A DNA stretch of 64,000 nt from Acholeplasma sp. (GCA_036677365.1 JAVBWN010000030.1:1-64000), one strand, 5' to 3'. Positions 1-10,288 are shown, numbered from the stretch's first letter. Made by a program: numbers and translations. The notes: generated from the letters alone by a model not told the origin.

Positions 1-4
1 AGAT

Positions 5-113
5 GTCTGGTGACGATGGCGAAGTGGACACACCTGTTCCCATCCCGAACACAGAAGTTAAGCACTTCAGCGCCGAAAATAGTACAATGTGCGAAGATAG
101 GTCGTTGCCAGGC
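5..113 (+). rRNA. rrf: 5S rRNA (3' end of an rrn operon)
   Basis: Typical 5S motifs CACCTGTTCCCATCCCGAACACAGAAGTTAAGC and complementary termini TCTGG...CCAGG; directly followed by a tRNA cluster. Confidence 0.95.
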
Positions 114-130
114 AATTCTCAACCCCAATA

Positions 131-206
131 GGGGGATTAGCTCAGTTGGGAGAGCATCTGCCTTACAAGCAGAGGGTCGGCGGTTCGAGCCCGTCATCCC
201 CCACCA
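131..206 (+). tRNA. tRNA-Val(TAC)
   Basis: Cloverleaf, anticodon loop CT-TAC-AA, GTTCGA T-loop, encoded CCA. Confidence 0.95.
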
Positions 207-243
207 TAAACTTACTTACTTGAAATCTATGCAAGTGAACTAA

Positions 244-319
244 GCCGAAATAGCTCAACTGGTAGAGCACCTGACTTGTAATCAGGGGGTTGCGGGTTCA
301 AGTCCTGTTTTCGGCACCA
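244..319 (+). tRNA. tRNA-Thr(TGT)
   Basis: Cloverleaf, CT-TGT-AA loop, encoded CCA. Confidence 0.95.
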
Positions 320-330
320 TTTGCAAAGTT

Positions 331-406
331 GTCCCGTTAGCTCAGTCGGTAGAGCACTTGACTTTTAATCAAGGGGTCAGAAGTTCGAGCCTTCTACGGG
401 ACACCA
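331..406 (+). tRNA. tRNA-Lys(TTT)
   Basis: Cloverleaf, CT-TTT-AA loop, encoded CCA. Confidence 0.95.
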
Positions 407-429
407 TTCTTAAGTTTACCAACAAAAAT

Positions 430-517
430 GCCTGGATGGTGAAATAGGTAGACACGTGGGACTTAAAATCCCATGGACGATGAGTCCGTGTCGGTTCAAG
501 TCCGACTCTAGGTACCA
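430..517 (+). tRNA. tRNA-Leu(TAA)
   Basis: Long variable arm, CT-TAA-AA loop, encoded CCA. Confidence 0.95.
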
Positions 518-535
518 ACTCAATTTTATTAAAGT

Positions 536-611
536 GGGGCTTTAGCTCAGCTGGGAGAGCGCCTGTTTTGCACGCAGGAGGTCGACGGTTCGATCCCGTT
601 AAGCTCCACCA
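536..611 (+). tRNA. tRNA-Ala(TGC)
   Basis: GGGGCTT acceptor stem with G3:U70, TT-TGC-AC loop, CCA. Confidence 0.95.
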
Positions 612-689
612 TTTTAATTATTAGAGTGTAGAAATACACTTTTCGTATATAGTAACATCATTATCTTTGGTTTACCCAACACAGGACAT

Positions 690-767
690 GGCGGTGTAGC
701 TCAGCTGGTTTAGAGCGTACGGCTCATACCCGTAAGGTCGAGGGTTCAAGTCCCCCCGCCGCTACCA
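690..767 (+). tRNA. tRNA-Met(CAT), elongator
   Basis: GGCGGTG acceptor, CAT anticodon; resembles Bacillus elongator tRNA-Met. Confidence 0.9.
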
Positions 768-771
768 ATTT

Positions 772-848
772 GGACCCGTAGCTCAGTTGGTTAGAGCCAC
801 CGGCTCATAACCGGTTGGTCGTAGGTTCGAGTCCTACCGGGTCCACCA
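772..848 (+). tRNA. tRNA-Ile2(CAT) (lysidine type)
   Basis: GGACCC acceptor, CT-CAT-AA loop; position and sequence match Firmicute Ile2. Confidence 0.85.
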
Positions 849-888
849 AACCCTGTTTTGAAAATTTAATCCAATCAATAATTGGCAA

Positions 889-979
889 GGAGAAATACCC
901 AAGTCCGGCTGAAGGGATCGGTCTTGAAAACCGACAGGCTGTAAAAGGCGCGGGGGTTCGAATCCCTCTTTCTCCGCCA
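889..979 (+). tRNA. tRNA-Ser(TGA)
   Basis: Long variable arm, CT-TGA-AA loop, G discriminator plus CCA. Confidence 0.95.
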
Positions 980-990
980 TTATTAAATAT

Positions 991-1067
<77 letters not shown>

Positions 1068-1070
1068 AAT

Positions 1071-1146
1071 GGTCCGGTGGTGTAGTGGTTAACATGCCAG
1101 TCTGTCACACTGGAGATCGCGGGTTCAATTCCCGTCCGGACCGCCA
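1071..1146 (+). tRNA. tRNA-Asp(GTC)
   Basis: Cloverleaf, CT-GTC-AC loop, GCCA end. Confidence 0.95.
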
Positions 1147-1157
1147 TTATTTGGCTT

Positions 1158-1233
<76 letters not shown>

Positions 1234-1263
1234 CTTAACACACATCAGCATCGCTGTTTATAT

Positions 1264-1290
1264 AAATACCATCTCGATGGTTTTTTTATT
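1264..1290 (+). terminator. Probable intrinsic terminator of the rrn-tRNA transcript
   Basis: ACCATC-TC-GATGGT hairpin followed by a T-run. Confidence 0.6.
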
Positions 1291-1422
1291 TTTATGGCGT
1301 ACTAATTGTAGAAAATCGTGTTTTTTGGATACAATTTCAGCAATTTTTGTTATAATTTATATGGCAATTTTCACCAATTGTTTACCAAAATTGACTAATT
1401 TCTTATTTATAAGCTATATGTA

Positions 1423-1479
1423 TTGACTTCAAAGCCAGTTATGTTATGATATTGACATAAGTAGTTTGAATATCAAAAC
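1423..1479 (+). promoter_or_regulatory. sigma-A promoter plus FabT-like operator upstream of degV
   Basis: TTGACT(1423)-16 nt-TATGAT(1445) with extended TG; palindrome AGTTTGA-ATA-TCAAAAC at 1463-1479. Confidence 0.6.
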
Positions 1480-1494
1480 AATAAGGAGAAATTT

Positions 1495-2343
1495 ATGTCA
1501 AAAATTGGTATTATGGTTTGTGGTAACTCCGGTGTGGATTACCTAAAATTAAGCTATCCTGTCAAAGTGATTCATTCCACATTGAACTTAGGTGGCAAAG
1601 AGTATGAAGATTTCGTGGATATTACTGCAGATGATTTCTACGCAACCGTCGTCAATAACCCTGAAATCGCGATTTCAACTTCACAAACACCTACAGGTAA
1701 GATTGCTGAAGTGTATGAAGAATTTGTCAAAGAAGGTTATACCGACGTTGTCGCAATCACCATCTCAGCGAAATTGTCTGGTACATACCAAGGTGCCGTA
1801 CTGGCTGCATCGATGGTCGAAGGGATCAATGTCCATGTGGTAGACTCAAGAAGTGTATCCCAAGGTGAAGTGTATTTAGTATTAGAAGCGATTGATATGA
1901 TTAAAGCAGGCAAATCTGCAAAACAAATCGCTGAAAGATTGGAAGTTCTCAGAGAACAAATTAAGATTTATGTATTGGTAGATACGTTGAAGTATCTCGT
2001 TAAGAATGGTCGTTTATCAGCAACTTCAGGCTTCTTGGGTACATTATTAAAGATTAAACCTTTATTGCATGTCCTCCCAGATGGCACTTTAGTACCACTT
2101 GAAAAAATTCGTACCACTTCAAAGGCTAGAGAAAGACTACTTGAAATCCTTGTCGATGATATCAAAGGCAAGAAAGTAGACCTCTTCATCGCTTACACCA
2201 ACAATAAATCGGATGCTGAAGTCATTAAAAATCTAATTTTAGAACAACGTTCCGATGTTAAAGTCGAATTGGTGCCATTAACACCAGTCGTCGGTGCCCA
2301 TGCAGGCCCAGGTACTTTAGGTGTCGGTTATATAGTGAGGTAA
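1495..2343 (+). CDS. DegV/FakB family fatty acid-binding protein
   Basis: STSQTP, ISAKLSGTY, VDSR, DTLKYLVKNGRLS, LKIKPLL, GAHAGPG motifs; AAGGAG RBS. Confidence 0.93.
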   Translation: MSKIGIMVCGNSGVDYLKLSYPVKVIHSTLNLGGKEYEDFVDITADDFYATVVNNPEIAISTSQTPTGKIAEVYEEFVKEGYTDVVAITISAKLSGTYQGAVLAASMVEGINVHVVDSRSVSQGEVYLVLEAIDMIKAGKSAKQIAERLEVLREQIKIYVLVDTLKYLVKNGRLSATSGFLGTLLKIKPLLHVLPDGTLVPLEKIRTTSKARERLLEILVDDIKGKKVDLFIAYTNNKSDAEVIKNLILEQRSDVKVELVPLTPVVGAHAGPGTLGVGYIVR

Positions 2344-2347
2344 GTTG

Positions 2348-2785
2348 ATGAGCCGTGCAAAAGATGTAATTAATGAATTGTTGGTCGAAGTATTTAACCA
2401 CATATTGTCGATCGAAGGACAAACGCTTAGAGAACGTGGTGTAAAACTCTCCATGAGCGAAGTACACGTCCTAGAAGCGATCAAAAATTCACCAACCAAA
2501 ACGATGGGTGATGTTGCGAAAAGACTTAGAATTACACTAGGTACTTTAACCACCTCTGTGGATGTCTTGGTTCGAAAGAAATATGTAACGAGAAACCGTG
2601 CCAAAGACGACAAGCGAAAAGTTATATTACAGCTAACGGATGCCGCCATTGAAACCTTACAAATCCACGATGGATTCCACGATGAAATGATTGAATCGGT
2701 CATGACAGACTTGGAGTTAGAAAAAGACGAAGCATTGGTGAAGTCTTTGGAAAACATCAGCAACTATTTTAAATCAAAATATTGA
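2348..2785 (+). CDS. MarR family regulator, FabT-like
   Basis: INELLVEVFNHILSIE N-terminus typical of FabT, wHTH, DKR wing motif; directly follows degV. Confidence 0.8.
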   Translation: MSRAKDVINELLVEVFNHILSIEGQTLRERGVKLSMSEVHVLEAIKNSPTKTMGDVAKRLRITLGTLTTSVDVLVRKKYVTRNRAKDDKRKVILQLTDAAIETLQIHDGFHDEMIESVMTDLELEKDEALVKSLENISNYFKSKY

Positions 2786-2790
2786 TCGTT

Positions 2791-2822
2791 AAAGAATACC
2801 TGTGAAAGGGTATTCTTTTTTT
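2791..2822 (+). terminator. Intrinsic terminator
   Basis: AAAGAATACC-loop-GGTATTCTTT plus T-run. Confidence 0.75.
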
Positions 2823-2894
2823 GACTTAATGACTTTACTAGGCCTTCATGTTATAATGAAGTTGAGCAAAAAACACAGAAAAAAAGGTGATCAT

Positions 2895-3839
2895 ATGAAA
2901 TATGTATTTGGCGTAGATGTGGGCGGAACATCGGTCAAAATTGGCTTTTTAAATCAAAATGGCAGTTTACTAGAATCGTGGAGCATTCCAACCGATTTGC
3001 GAAACCACGGAGGCAATATTTTGTCCGATGTGGCTGAAAGTATTCAAAAATTTGTAGAACTCAAATCTTTAAAAGATGAGGATATTTTAGGCTTCGGTTT
3101 TGGTTTACCAGGACCTGTCGTTGAAAATGTGGCCATTAAATGTGTCAACCTGGGCTGGGAGAACGTCCAAGTGAGTGATGAATTTGTCCGTGCTTATGGC
3201 AAACCGGTATTGGTTAAAGCGGGCAATGACGCCACGGTTGCAGCTGCTGGGGAATACTGGCAAAAACACATCGATGGAGACATCGTTTTCATCACCCTAG
3301 GTACCGGCGTTGGTGGCGGGATTATCGCCAACGGTAAAGTCATTGATGGTGCGCATGGTGCTGGCGGTGAAATTGGCCATATTCGTGCTGAACACCACGA
3401 ACCACAACTTTGTACGTGTGGGTTGTATGGCTGCTTAGAAACAGAAGTTGCAATCCGCGGAATCAATGCAAGAGCACGAAAACTCATTGCTGAGAAGAAA
3501 TTAAAAACCACATTGGTGGATGATGAGACATTATCGCCAAAAAGAATATTTACTGCAGCCAAAGAGGGCGATGCGCTTGCACTGGCTGTAGTTGATAAAA
3601 CAGGTGAATATTTAGGTCAAATCTGTGCAGCACTTGCCGCAACCACTGACCCGAAAGCTTTCTTAATCGGTGGTGGGATTGCGAATGCTGGACAAATTCT
3701 CATTGATGCCATCAAAAAACACTATGTCAAATATGCATTTTCTGCCCTTAGAAATATGCAATTTGAACTCGCTACTTTGGGTAACGATGCAGGCATGTTC
3801 GGTGCTGCTTACCTGATCATTGCGAATAACCCTGCATGA
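2895..3839 (+). CDS. ROK family glucokinase
   Basis: DVGGTSVK, NDA, TLGTGVGGG, GEIGH, CxCGxxGCLE zinc motif; start moved to ATG 2895 after AGGTGA RBS; TGTTATAAT promoter at 2849. Confidence 0.9.
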   Translation: MKYVFGVDVGGTSVKIGFLNQNGSLLESWSIPTDLRNHGGNILSDVAESIQKFVELKSLKDEDILGFGFGLPGPVVENVAIKCVNLGWENVQVSDEFVRAYGKPVLVKAGNDATVAAAGEYWQKHIDGDIVFITLGTGVGGGIIANGKVIDGAHGAGGEIGHIRAEHHEPQLCTCGLYGCLETEVAIRGINARARKLIAEKKLKTTLVDDETLSPKRIFTAAKEGDALALAVVDKTGEYLGQICAALAATTDPKAFLIGGGIANAGQILIDAIKKHYVKYAFSALRNMQFELATLGNDAGMFGAAYLIIANNPA

Positions 3840-5347
3840 CATTAACCGTGTTATCTCCGGGGATTGGGTACGGTAAAGTTCATACGATTGAAAAATCGAA
3901 TGAACCTTCTGCCCAGCCAACCGAAGCCGCTTTAGAAATACAGCACTTTTTAGAAACAAAACAAGCCGTATTTCAAGCACTTGAAAACCTTAAAAACCAA
4001 CAGTCAACCGATGAAATCATCGGATTTCAACAAGCCATTTTATTGGATCAACTATTGGAAAATGAGGTAAAACAAAAAATCCGAACGAAACATGTCAGCG
4101 CAAAAGAAGCTTTCAAATCGGCCATTCAAAACTACATGGATGCCTTATCCAAAGTAGAAGATGCGTATTTGAAAGAACGCATTCATGATGTCGCTGATTT
4201 AAGTGAAAGACTTTACTTTGCATTAGAACAAAAAGTAAAAAAGAGAATCATCGAACCCATCATCTTGGTGGTCGATGTATTATACCCATCCTATCTATTT
4301 GAATATGATCCCTATATCCAAGGGGTCATCGTCAAAGAGGGCAGTAGCCTATCCCATGGCATCATATTAGCCAAAGAACGTAACATCCCAGTGGTGATTG
4401 TAAAAGATGTTCGCATCGAACCCAATCAATCGATTTTTCTCGATGGTTATCACAACAAGTTGATCATCAACCCTTCTCATAAGGAAGTTGAAGGGTGGTT
4501 AAATGCCAACAAAGATATCGATGCAGACCTACAAATTTCACATCACCCCAACCGGTTATGTTTGAACGTATCTGGAGAAACGTTGGTCGATCCAAGGTAT
4601 GTTGCATCTGCAGATGGTATTGGATTATACCGTTCCGAGTTCTTATACTTTCAAAAAAACACTTTTCCATCTATCGATAAACAAGTTGAAGTTTATGGTA
4701 AATTTCTTAAGCAGTTTCACCCTAAACCGGTCATCATTCGCACATATGATTTTGGCGACGATAAAAACCCACTCAATTTAGGACCACTACAACGTGGGGT
4801 ATCGGATTATTTTATCACCTATGAAAAACCATTCGTTGAACAACTATCGGCATTGCTGGTATTAAATGAAACGTATGATAATTTAAAAATCATGATACCC
4901 ATGGTTAAAAGTGGAGCGGATTTAGAGGCGATTCAACGTCTATTAGAAAATCTCCACCATAAATTCGGATTCAGTCGACCACTGCCACCACTTGGTGTGA
5001 TGATTGAAACAGAAGAAGCATTCATGCATTTATCTGACTTTACGAAGGCTGCATTCTTCTCGATTGGGTCAAACGATTTAGGTAAAAGCTTATTTCAAAT
5101 TGACCGTCACACGGCCATGGATGAATTGACCTATGCTAAAAAAATGATCAAAGCCATTGAAGAGATTGATCAGTTTGCAAAACACCACCAAATCCCATGT
5201 ACGGTTTGTGGTGATATTGCCAGTCGCCCGGTGGCACTTGCGATGATGTTGGAAAAAGGGATACATAATTTTAGTATTCCAATGCCATTTTTAAAAGAAG
5301 CAAAACAAATAATCAAACAACATAAAAACAAGAATATGAAATCCTAA
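3836..5347 (+). CDS. PEP-protein phosphotransferase (PTS enzyme I)-like, shortened and divergent
   Basis: YLKERIHDV, LSHGIILAKE (phospho-His), GIGLYRSEFL, IRTYDFGDDK, MIET, SIGSNDL, VCGD; ATGA overlap with the kinase. Confidence 0.85.
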   Translation: MTLTVLSPGIGYGKVHTIEKSNEPSAQPTEAALEIQHFLETKQAVFQALENLKNQQSTDEIIGFQQAILLDQLLENEVKQKIRTKHVSAKEAFKSAIQNYMDALSKVEDAYLKERIHDVADLSERLYFALEQKVKKRIIEPIILVVDVLYPSYLFEYDPYIQGVIVKEGSSLSHGIILAKERNIPVVIVKDVRIEPNQSIFLDGYHNKLIINPSHKEVEGWLNANKDIDADLQISHHPNRLCLNVSGETLVDPRYVASADGIGLYRSEFLYFQKNTFPSIDKQVEVYGKFLKQFHPKPVIIRTYDFGDDKNPLNLGPLQRGVSDYFITYEKPFVEQLSALLVLNETYDNLKIMIPMVKSGADLEAIQRLLENLHHKFGFSRPLPPLGVMIETEEAFMHLSDFTKAAFFSIGSNDLGKSLFQIDRHTAMDELTYAKKMIKAIEEIDQFAKHHQIPCTVCGDIASRPVALAMMLEKGIHNFSIPMPFLKEAKQIIKQHKNKNMKS

Positions 5348-5381
5348 ACCACACTTTTTCAAAAAAAATGTGCAAAAAGGG

Positions 5382-5410
5382 TTGCATATTCTTTTTGTTT
5401 ATCATATAAT
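5382..5410 (+). promoter_or_regulatory. sigma-A promoter of the S10 operon
   Basis: TTGCAT-17 nt-TATAAT. Confidence 0.75.
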
Positions 5411-5416
5411 AGATAC

Positions 5417-5540
5417 GCTTACGCACAAGCAAAAGGCTGTGAAATGGAAGGTTGTCGGCACACGGATAGCCGTTGTCTATGTGAAGGGTTTTTCCATGGA
5501 GCAAGTCTATGACAAGATTATAGGCGAAAGGAGACATTTT
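5417..5540 (+). promoter_or_regulatory. Structured rpsJ (S10) 5' leader
   Basis: Contains AAGGTTG..CACAC..GCC..TTTCCATGGAG..GTCTAT segments recalling Firmicute rpsJ leaders; ATGGAA/TTCCAT complementarity. Confidence 0.55.
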
Positions 5541-5544
5541 TAAA

Positions 5545-5853
5545 ATGGCAAAAGAAGTTATCAAAATTCGTTTAAAGGCATATGATCACAGATTAATTGA
5601 TCAATCCGCGAAGAAGATTATCGAAAGCGTAACCAAGACTGGTGCAAAGGTACATGGTCCAATTCCACTACCAACTGAAAAAGAAATTTTCACCATTCTA
5701 CGTTCCCCACACGTCAACAAAGATTCACGTGAACAATTCGAACGTCGTACGCACAAGAGATTAATCGAAATCTTAGATCCAAATGCACAAACAATTGAAG
5801 CTTTAATGCATATCGACTTACCTTCTGGTGTTGATATCGTGTTAAAGAAGTAA
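5545..5853 (+). CDS. rpsJ: 30S ribosomal protein S10
   Basis: [29 protein letters not shown]. Confidence 0.98.
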   Translation: MAKEVIKIRLKAYDHRLIDQSAKKIIESVTKTGAKVHGPIPLPTEKEIFTILRSPHVNKDSREQFERRTHKRLIEILDPNAQTIEALMHIDLPSGVDIVLKK

Positions 5854-5893
5854 GTATTAAGAATCCAAACAAAAACAAAAAGGAGAAAGAAAC

Positions 5894-6532
5894 ATGGCCA
5901 AAGGAATCTTAGGTAGAAAACTAGGCATGACCCAAATCTGGAATGCAGATGGTCAACTAGTCCCTGTAACTGTGATCGATGTTGCTCAAAACGTAGTGCT
6001 TCAACAAAAAACTGTTGAAACTGACGGATACGTTGCGACTCAAATCGGTTTCGAAGACAAAAGGGAAAAAGTAAGCAACAAGCCGGAACAAGGGCACGTC
6101 GCAAAAGCTAACACAGCACCTAAGCGCTTCATTAAAGAAATTCGCTTTAACGAAACGCTTAACGAATTAGCGGATTTAGCGGTTGGGACTGTCGTTTCTG
6201 GAAATATTTTCAAAGCAGGCGAATTGATCGACGTTACTGGAACTTCAAAAGGTAAAGGTTTCGCCGGTGTTATCAAACGCCACAATCAAAACAGAGGACC
6301 AATGGGACACGGCTCGATGTATCACCGTTCACCAGGTTCGATGGGTGCCATCAAAGGCAACATGAAAGGTAAAAATCTACCAGGGCATATGGGTGCTGAA
6401 CAAGTTACAGTTCAAAACTTAGCTGTTGTAGCATTTGACGCCGAAAGAGAAGTACTACTTGTTAGCGGTAGCGTACCAGGACCAAACAACGGTCTTGTGG
6501 TCGTTAGAACTGCCATCAAGAGTATCAAGTAA
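5894..6532 (+). CDS. rplC: 50S ribosomal protein L3
   Basis: [18 protein letters not shown]; operon order. Confidence 0.98.
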   Translation: MAKGILGRKLGMTQIWNADGQLVPVTVIDVAQNVVLQQKTVETDGYVATQIGFEDKREKVSNKPEQGHVAKANTAPKRFIKEIRFNETLNELADLAVGTVVSGNIFKAGELIDVTGTSKGKGFAGVIKRHNQNRGPMGHGSMYHRSPGSMGAIKGNMKGKNLPGHMGAEQVTVQNLAVVAFDAEREVLLVSGSVPGPNNGLVVVRTAIKSIK

Positions 6533-6544
6533 GGAGGAACCAAG

Positions 6545-7168
6545 ATGCCTAAATTACAAGTTTTAAACCAAGAAGGTTCAAAAGTAACTGACCTTACATT
6601 AAATGAATATGTATTTGGTATTGCCCCTCATAATCAAGCATTATACGACGTAGTTAACGCTCAAAGAGCAGCTATGCGTCAAGGGACTCACGATACTAAA
6701 ACACGCGCTGAAGTTTCCGGTGGCGGTAAGAAACCTTGGAAACAAAAAGGAACAGGTAGAGCTCGTCAAGGGTCTACAAGAAGCCCACAATGGAGACATG
6801 GTGGTATCGTTTTCGGTCCAACACCTAGAAGCTATGACGTTAAAGTAAACCGCAAAGTCGCTCAACTCGCTATGCGTTCCGCTTTATCCGCGCATCAAGC
6901 CAATGGTTCATTGGTCTTGGTTGACAACTTAGCAGTTGCTCAAGCAAAGACTAAAGAATTCGCAGCTTTACTAAGCAAGTTAAACATTACACAAAAAGTA
7001 TTGATCGTAGACACTGTATTCGCAGACGATGTGTTCTTAGCAGCACGTAACCTACCGAATGTTATGTTGGTTCAAGCTTCCCATGCAAGCGTTTATGACT
7101 TACTAAACTGCAAACAACTATTATTAACACAAAATGCAGTTGCATACTTTGAGGAGGTGCTTGCATAA
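6545..7168 (+). CDS. rplD: 50S ribosomal protein L4
   Basis: RQGTH, KPWKQKGTGRARQG. Confidence 0.98.
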   Translation: MPKLQVLNQEGSKVTDLTLNEYVFGIAPHNQALYDVVNAQRAAMRQGTHDTKTRAEVSGGGKKPWKQKGTGRARQGSTRSPQWRHGGIVFGPTPRSYDVKVNRKVAQLAMRSALSAHQANGSLVLVDNLAVAQAKTKEFAALLSKLNITQKVLIVDTVFADDVFLAARNLPNVMLVQASHASVYDLLNCKQLLLTQNAVAYFEEVLA

Positions 7169-7455
7169 TGACTAAATATTACGACATTATCAAAGCTCCA
7201 ATCATCACTGAACAATCATCTAAGTTAATTGAATCCCAAAATTCCTATACTTTCGAAGTCGATCGTAAAGCGAACAAAGTGGAAATCAAAAAAGCTGTAG
7301 AAGCGATTTTCAACGTGACAGTAGTAAGAGTAAACACCGTAAACGTATTACCTAAATTCAAGAGAATGGGTAAATACGAAGGATACAAACAAGCATACAA
7401 AAAAGCAATCGTAAAACTCGCTGATGGTCAAAAGATCGACCAATTCACAGTTTAA
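7168..7455 (+). CDS. rplW: 50S ribosomal protein L23
   Basis: PIITE, ANKVEIK, YKKAIVKL. Confidence 0.97.
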   Translation: MTKYYDIIKAPIITEQSSKLIESQNSYTFEVDRKANKVEIKKAVEAIFNVTVVRVNTVNVLPKFKRMGKYEGYKQAYKKAIVKLADGQKIDQFTV

Positions 7456-7485
7456 GATTAGTGAAATGTTAAAGGAGAATTAACT

Positions 7486-8316
7486 ATGGCGGTTAAAGTT
7501 TATAAGCCGACGTCCGCTGGACGCCGCAACATGAGCGTATTAACGTTCGAAGAAATCACAACATCCACTCCTGAAAAATCACTACTCGAGCCAATTCACA
7601 AAAATGGTGGACGTAATAACTCAGGTAAAATTACAGTTCGTCATCAAGGTGGCGGCGCTAAGCGCAAATATCGTGTAATTGATTTCAAGAGAAACAAAGA
7701 TGGTATCGTAGGTAAGGTTGCTACAATCGAATACGATCCAAACAGAAGTGCAAATATCGCTTTAATCAACTATGTAGATGGTGAAAAGCGTTATATCATT
7801 GCGCCTAAAGGTTTAGAAGTGGGTATGTCCATCGAATCCGGTGAACATGCAGACATCAAAACTGGTAACGCATTGCCTATTTTCAATATCCCAGTAGGTA
7901 CTGTCATTCACAACATTGAATTACACCCTGGTAAAGGTGGACAATTGGTCCGTTCTGCTGGTACTTCCGCACAAATCTTAGGTAGAGAAGAACGCTATGT
8001 TCTTGTTCGTTTAAGCTCTGGCGAAGTGAGAAAGATTTTAGGTACTTGCCGCGCAACCGTTGGTGAAGTTGGTAACGAAACTTACGAACTTGTCAGAATT
8101 GGTAAAGCAGGACGTACAAGACATATGGGTATCCGCCCAACTGTCCGTGGTGCTGTTATGAACCCGAACGATCACCCACACGGTGGTGGTGAAGGTAAGA
8201 ACCCAATCGGTAGAAAATCACCAATGACACCATGGGGCAAACCTGGTCGCGGTATTAAGACAAGAGATTCTAAGAAGGCATCGAGCGATCTAATCGTAAG
8301 ACGTCGTACGAAGTAG
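7486..8316 (+). CDS. rplB: 50S ribosomal protein L2
   Basis: [33 protein letters not shown]. Confidence 0.98.
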   Translation: MAVKVYKPTSAGRRNMSVLTFEEITTSTPEKSLLEPIHKNGGRNNSGKITVRHQGGGAKRKYRVIDFKRNKDGIVGKVATIEYDPNRSANIALINYVDGEKRYIIAPKGLEVGMSIESGEHADIKTGNALPIFNIPVGTVIHNIELHPGKGGQLVRSAGTSAQILGREERYVLVRLSSGEVRKILGTCRATVGEVGNETYELVRIGKAGRTRHMGIRPTVRGAVMNPNDHPHGGGEGKNPIGRKSPMTPWGKPGRGIKTRDSKKASSDLIVRRRTK

Positions 8317-8326
8317 GAGGGAAATC

Positions 8327-8605
8327 ATGGCACGTTCAATTAAAAAAGGTCCTTTTTGTGACGATTACCTATTAAATAAAGTAAGAACCGCTAAGAAGGC
8401 AAAAGATAACAAAGTAATCCAAACTTGGTCAAGACGTTCAACCGTATTCCCTGACTTTGTAGGATTAACGATTGCAGTATATAACGGTAGAGAACATGTA
8501 CCTGTATACATCACAGAAGACATGGTAGGGCACAAACTAGGTGAATTCTCACCTACACGTACTTTCCGTGGACACGGCGCTGACAAGAAAGCAGCTAAGA
8601 AATAA
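8327..8605 (+). CDS. rpsS: 30S ribosomal protein S19
   Basis: [21 protein letters not shown]. Confidence 0.98.
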   Translation: MARSIKKGPFCDDYLLNKVRTAKKAKDNKVIQTWSRRSTVFPDFVGLTIAVYNGREHVPVYITEDMVGHKLGEFSPTRTFRGHGADKKAAKK

Positions 8606-8619
8606 TGACGGAGGTTAAT

Positions 8620-8955
8620 ATGGAATCTAGAGCTATGGCAAATACGGTGCGTATTGCACCAAGAAAAGCAAGACTAGTGATTGATCTCATTAAGGGTTTA
8701 GAAATCAAAGAAGCGCAAGCGATTTTGAAATATACCCCTAAAGCTGCCGCTCCAATTATTTTAAAGGTGCTTAACAGTGCAGTCGCTAACGCGGATCATA
8801 ACTACAACATGAATGTAAACAACTTATACATTAAAGAGGCGTTCGTCAACGAAGGCGTACGCATGAAGAGAATGATGCCTAATTCCAAAGGACAAGGCAA
8901 CATTATCGTTAAAAAGACGAGCCACATCACAATCGTTGTGGCAGAAAGAGTTTAG
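8620..8955 (+). CDS. rplV: 50S ribosomal protein L22
   Basis: [24 protein letters not shown]; start after GGAGG. Confidence 0.96.
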   Translation: MESRAMANTVRIAPRKARLVIDLIKGLEIKEAQAILKYTPKAAAPIILKVLNSAVANADHNYNMNVNNLYIKEAFVNEGVRMKRMMPNSKGQGNIIVKKTSHITIVVAERV

Positions 8956-8966
8956 GAGGATATACG

Positions 8967-9668
8967 ATGGGTCAAAAAGTTAGTCCAGTCGGCTTACGCA
9001 TGGGGATCACCCGTAACTGGGATGCGAAATGGTATGCAGAAAAAAATCAAGTTCCGGCTCTTTTAAAAGAAGATATTGAAATCAGAAAGTATTTAAAAGA
9101 CACTTTCAAAAAGGCTTCCGTTTCTCAAATCGAAATCGAACGTCTTAAAGGTAAGGCAAAAGATAGAGTGAAAGTCACTTTATACACAGCTAAACCTGGC
9201 GTTGTCATCGGTAGAGATGCAGAATCCAAAAACAAAGCAGTTAAAACACTTGAATACATGACTAAAAAGGAAATCATCCTTAATGTCGTTGAAGTGAAAC
9301 GTTCAGAACTCAATGCAGAACTCGTTGCGCAAAGCATTGCTGAACAATTAGAAAACCGTGCATCTTTCCGCCGTGTGCAAAAGATGGCTATGCAAAGAGC
9401 ATTAAAAGCAGGTGCTAAAGGGGTTAAGACACTCGTGTCCGGACGTCTTGGCGGTGCTGAAATCGCTCGTAGCGAAGGCTATTCTGAAGGCCGCGTGCCT
9501 CTACACACTTTACGTGCTGACATCGATTATGCAACTGCAGAAGCGATCACCACTTATGGTAAGTTAGGCGTTAAAGTATGGATTTTTAAAGGCGAAGTTC
9601 TACCTGGTCAAAAAGTTAGATCTGAAGCTGCACCAAGAAGAGACAAGCGCAGTAAAGGAGGCAAGTAA
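8967..9668 (+). CDS. rpsC: 30S ribosomal protein S3
   Basis: [26 protein letters not shown]. Confidence 0.98.
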   Translation: MGQKVSPVGLRMGITRNWDAKWYAEKNQVPALLKEDIEIRKYLKDTFKKASVSQIEIERLKGKAKDRVKVTLYTAKPGVVIGRDAESKNKAVKTLEYMTKKEIILNVVEVKRSELNAELVAQSIAEQLENRASFRRVQKMAMQRALKAGAKGVKTLVSGRLGGAEIARSEGYSEGRVPLHTLRADIDYATAEAITTYGKLGVKVWIFKGEVLPGQKVRSEAAPRRDKRSKGGK

Positions 9669-9670
9669 TT

Positions 9671-10087
9671 ATGTTAATGCCAAAAAGAACTAAATTCCGC
9701 CGTCCTCATCGCGTAAGTTATGAAGGAAAGGCAAAAGGTAATCTTGAATTACAACACGGCAACTGGGGTTTACAAGCTACTGAAGGTGCTTGGGTTACCA
9801 ACCGTCAAATCGAAGCTGCCCGTATTGCAATCACAAGACATATGAAACGTACAGGTAATGTATGGATCAACATTTTCCCTCATTTAGCAAAAACTAAAAA
9901 ACCACTAGAAGTACGTATGGGTTCCGGTAAAGGTGCACCAGATTCATGGGTTGCAGTTGTTAAGACTGGCAAAATCATGTTCGAAGTTGCAGGCGTAACC
10001 GATGAAGTTGCTCACGAAGCATTGAGACTTGCCTCCCATAAACTTCCTGTTTCAACAAAGATTATTCGTAAGGTAGGTGACCAATAA
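9671..10087 (+). CDS. rplP: 50S ribosomal protein L16
   Basis: [22 protein letters not shown]. Confidence 0.98.
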   Translation: MLMPKRTKFRRPHRVSYEGKAKGNLELQHGNWGLQATEGAWVTNRQIEAARIAITRHMKRTGNVWINIFPHLAKTKKPLEVRMGSGKGAPDSWVAVVKTGKIMFEVAGVTDEVAHEALRLASHKLPVSTKIIRKVGDQ

Positions 10088-10088
10088 T

Positions 10089-10277
10089 ATGAAAGCGACC
10101 GAAATTCGTAAGATCAGCACTGCTGACTTAAACAAACGCATCAACGAATTAAAAATTGAATTATTCAACTTACGTTTTCAACTTGCTGTTGGTCAATTAG
10201 AAAATACCGCACGCATAAGACAAGTCAGAAAATTAATTGCACAAATGAAGACAATCATTAGTGAACGTAGCGAATAA
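10089..10277 (+). CDS. rpmC: 50S ribosomal protein L29
   Basis: [16 protein letters not shown]. Confidence 0.96.
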   Translation: MKATEIRKISTADLNKRINELKIELFNLRFQLAVGQLENTARIRQVRKLIAQMKTIISERSE

Positions 10278-10288
10278 AGGAGGATACT

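Noticed and set aside
1330..1402. Short CAATT-rich repeats upstream of the degV promoter
   Set aside because: Low-complexity AT-rich DNA with irregular spacing; cannot be distinguished from chance
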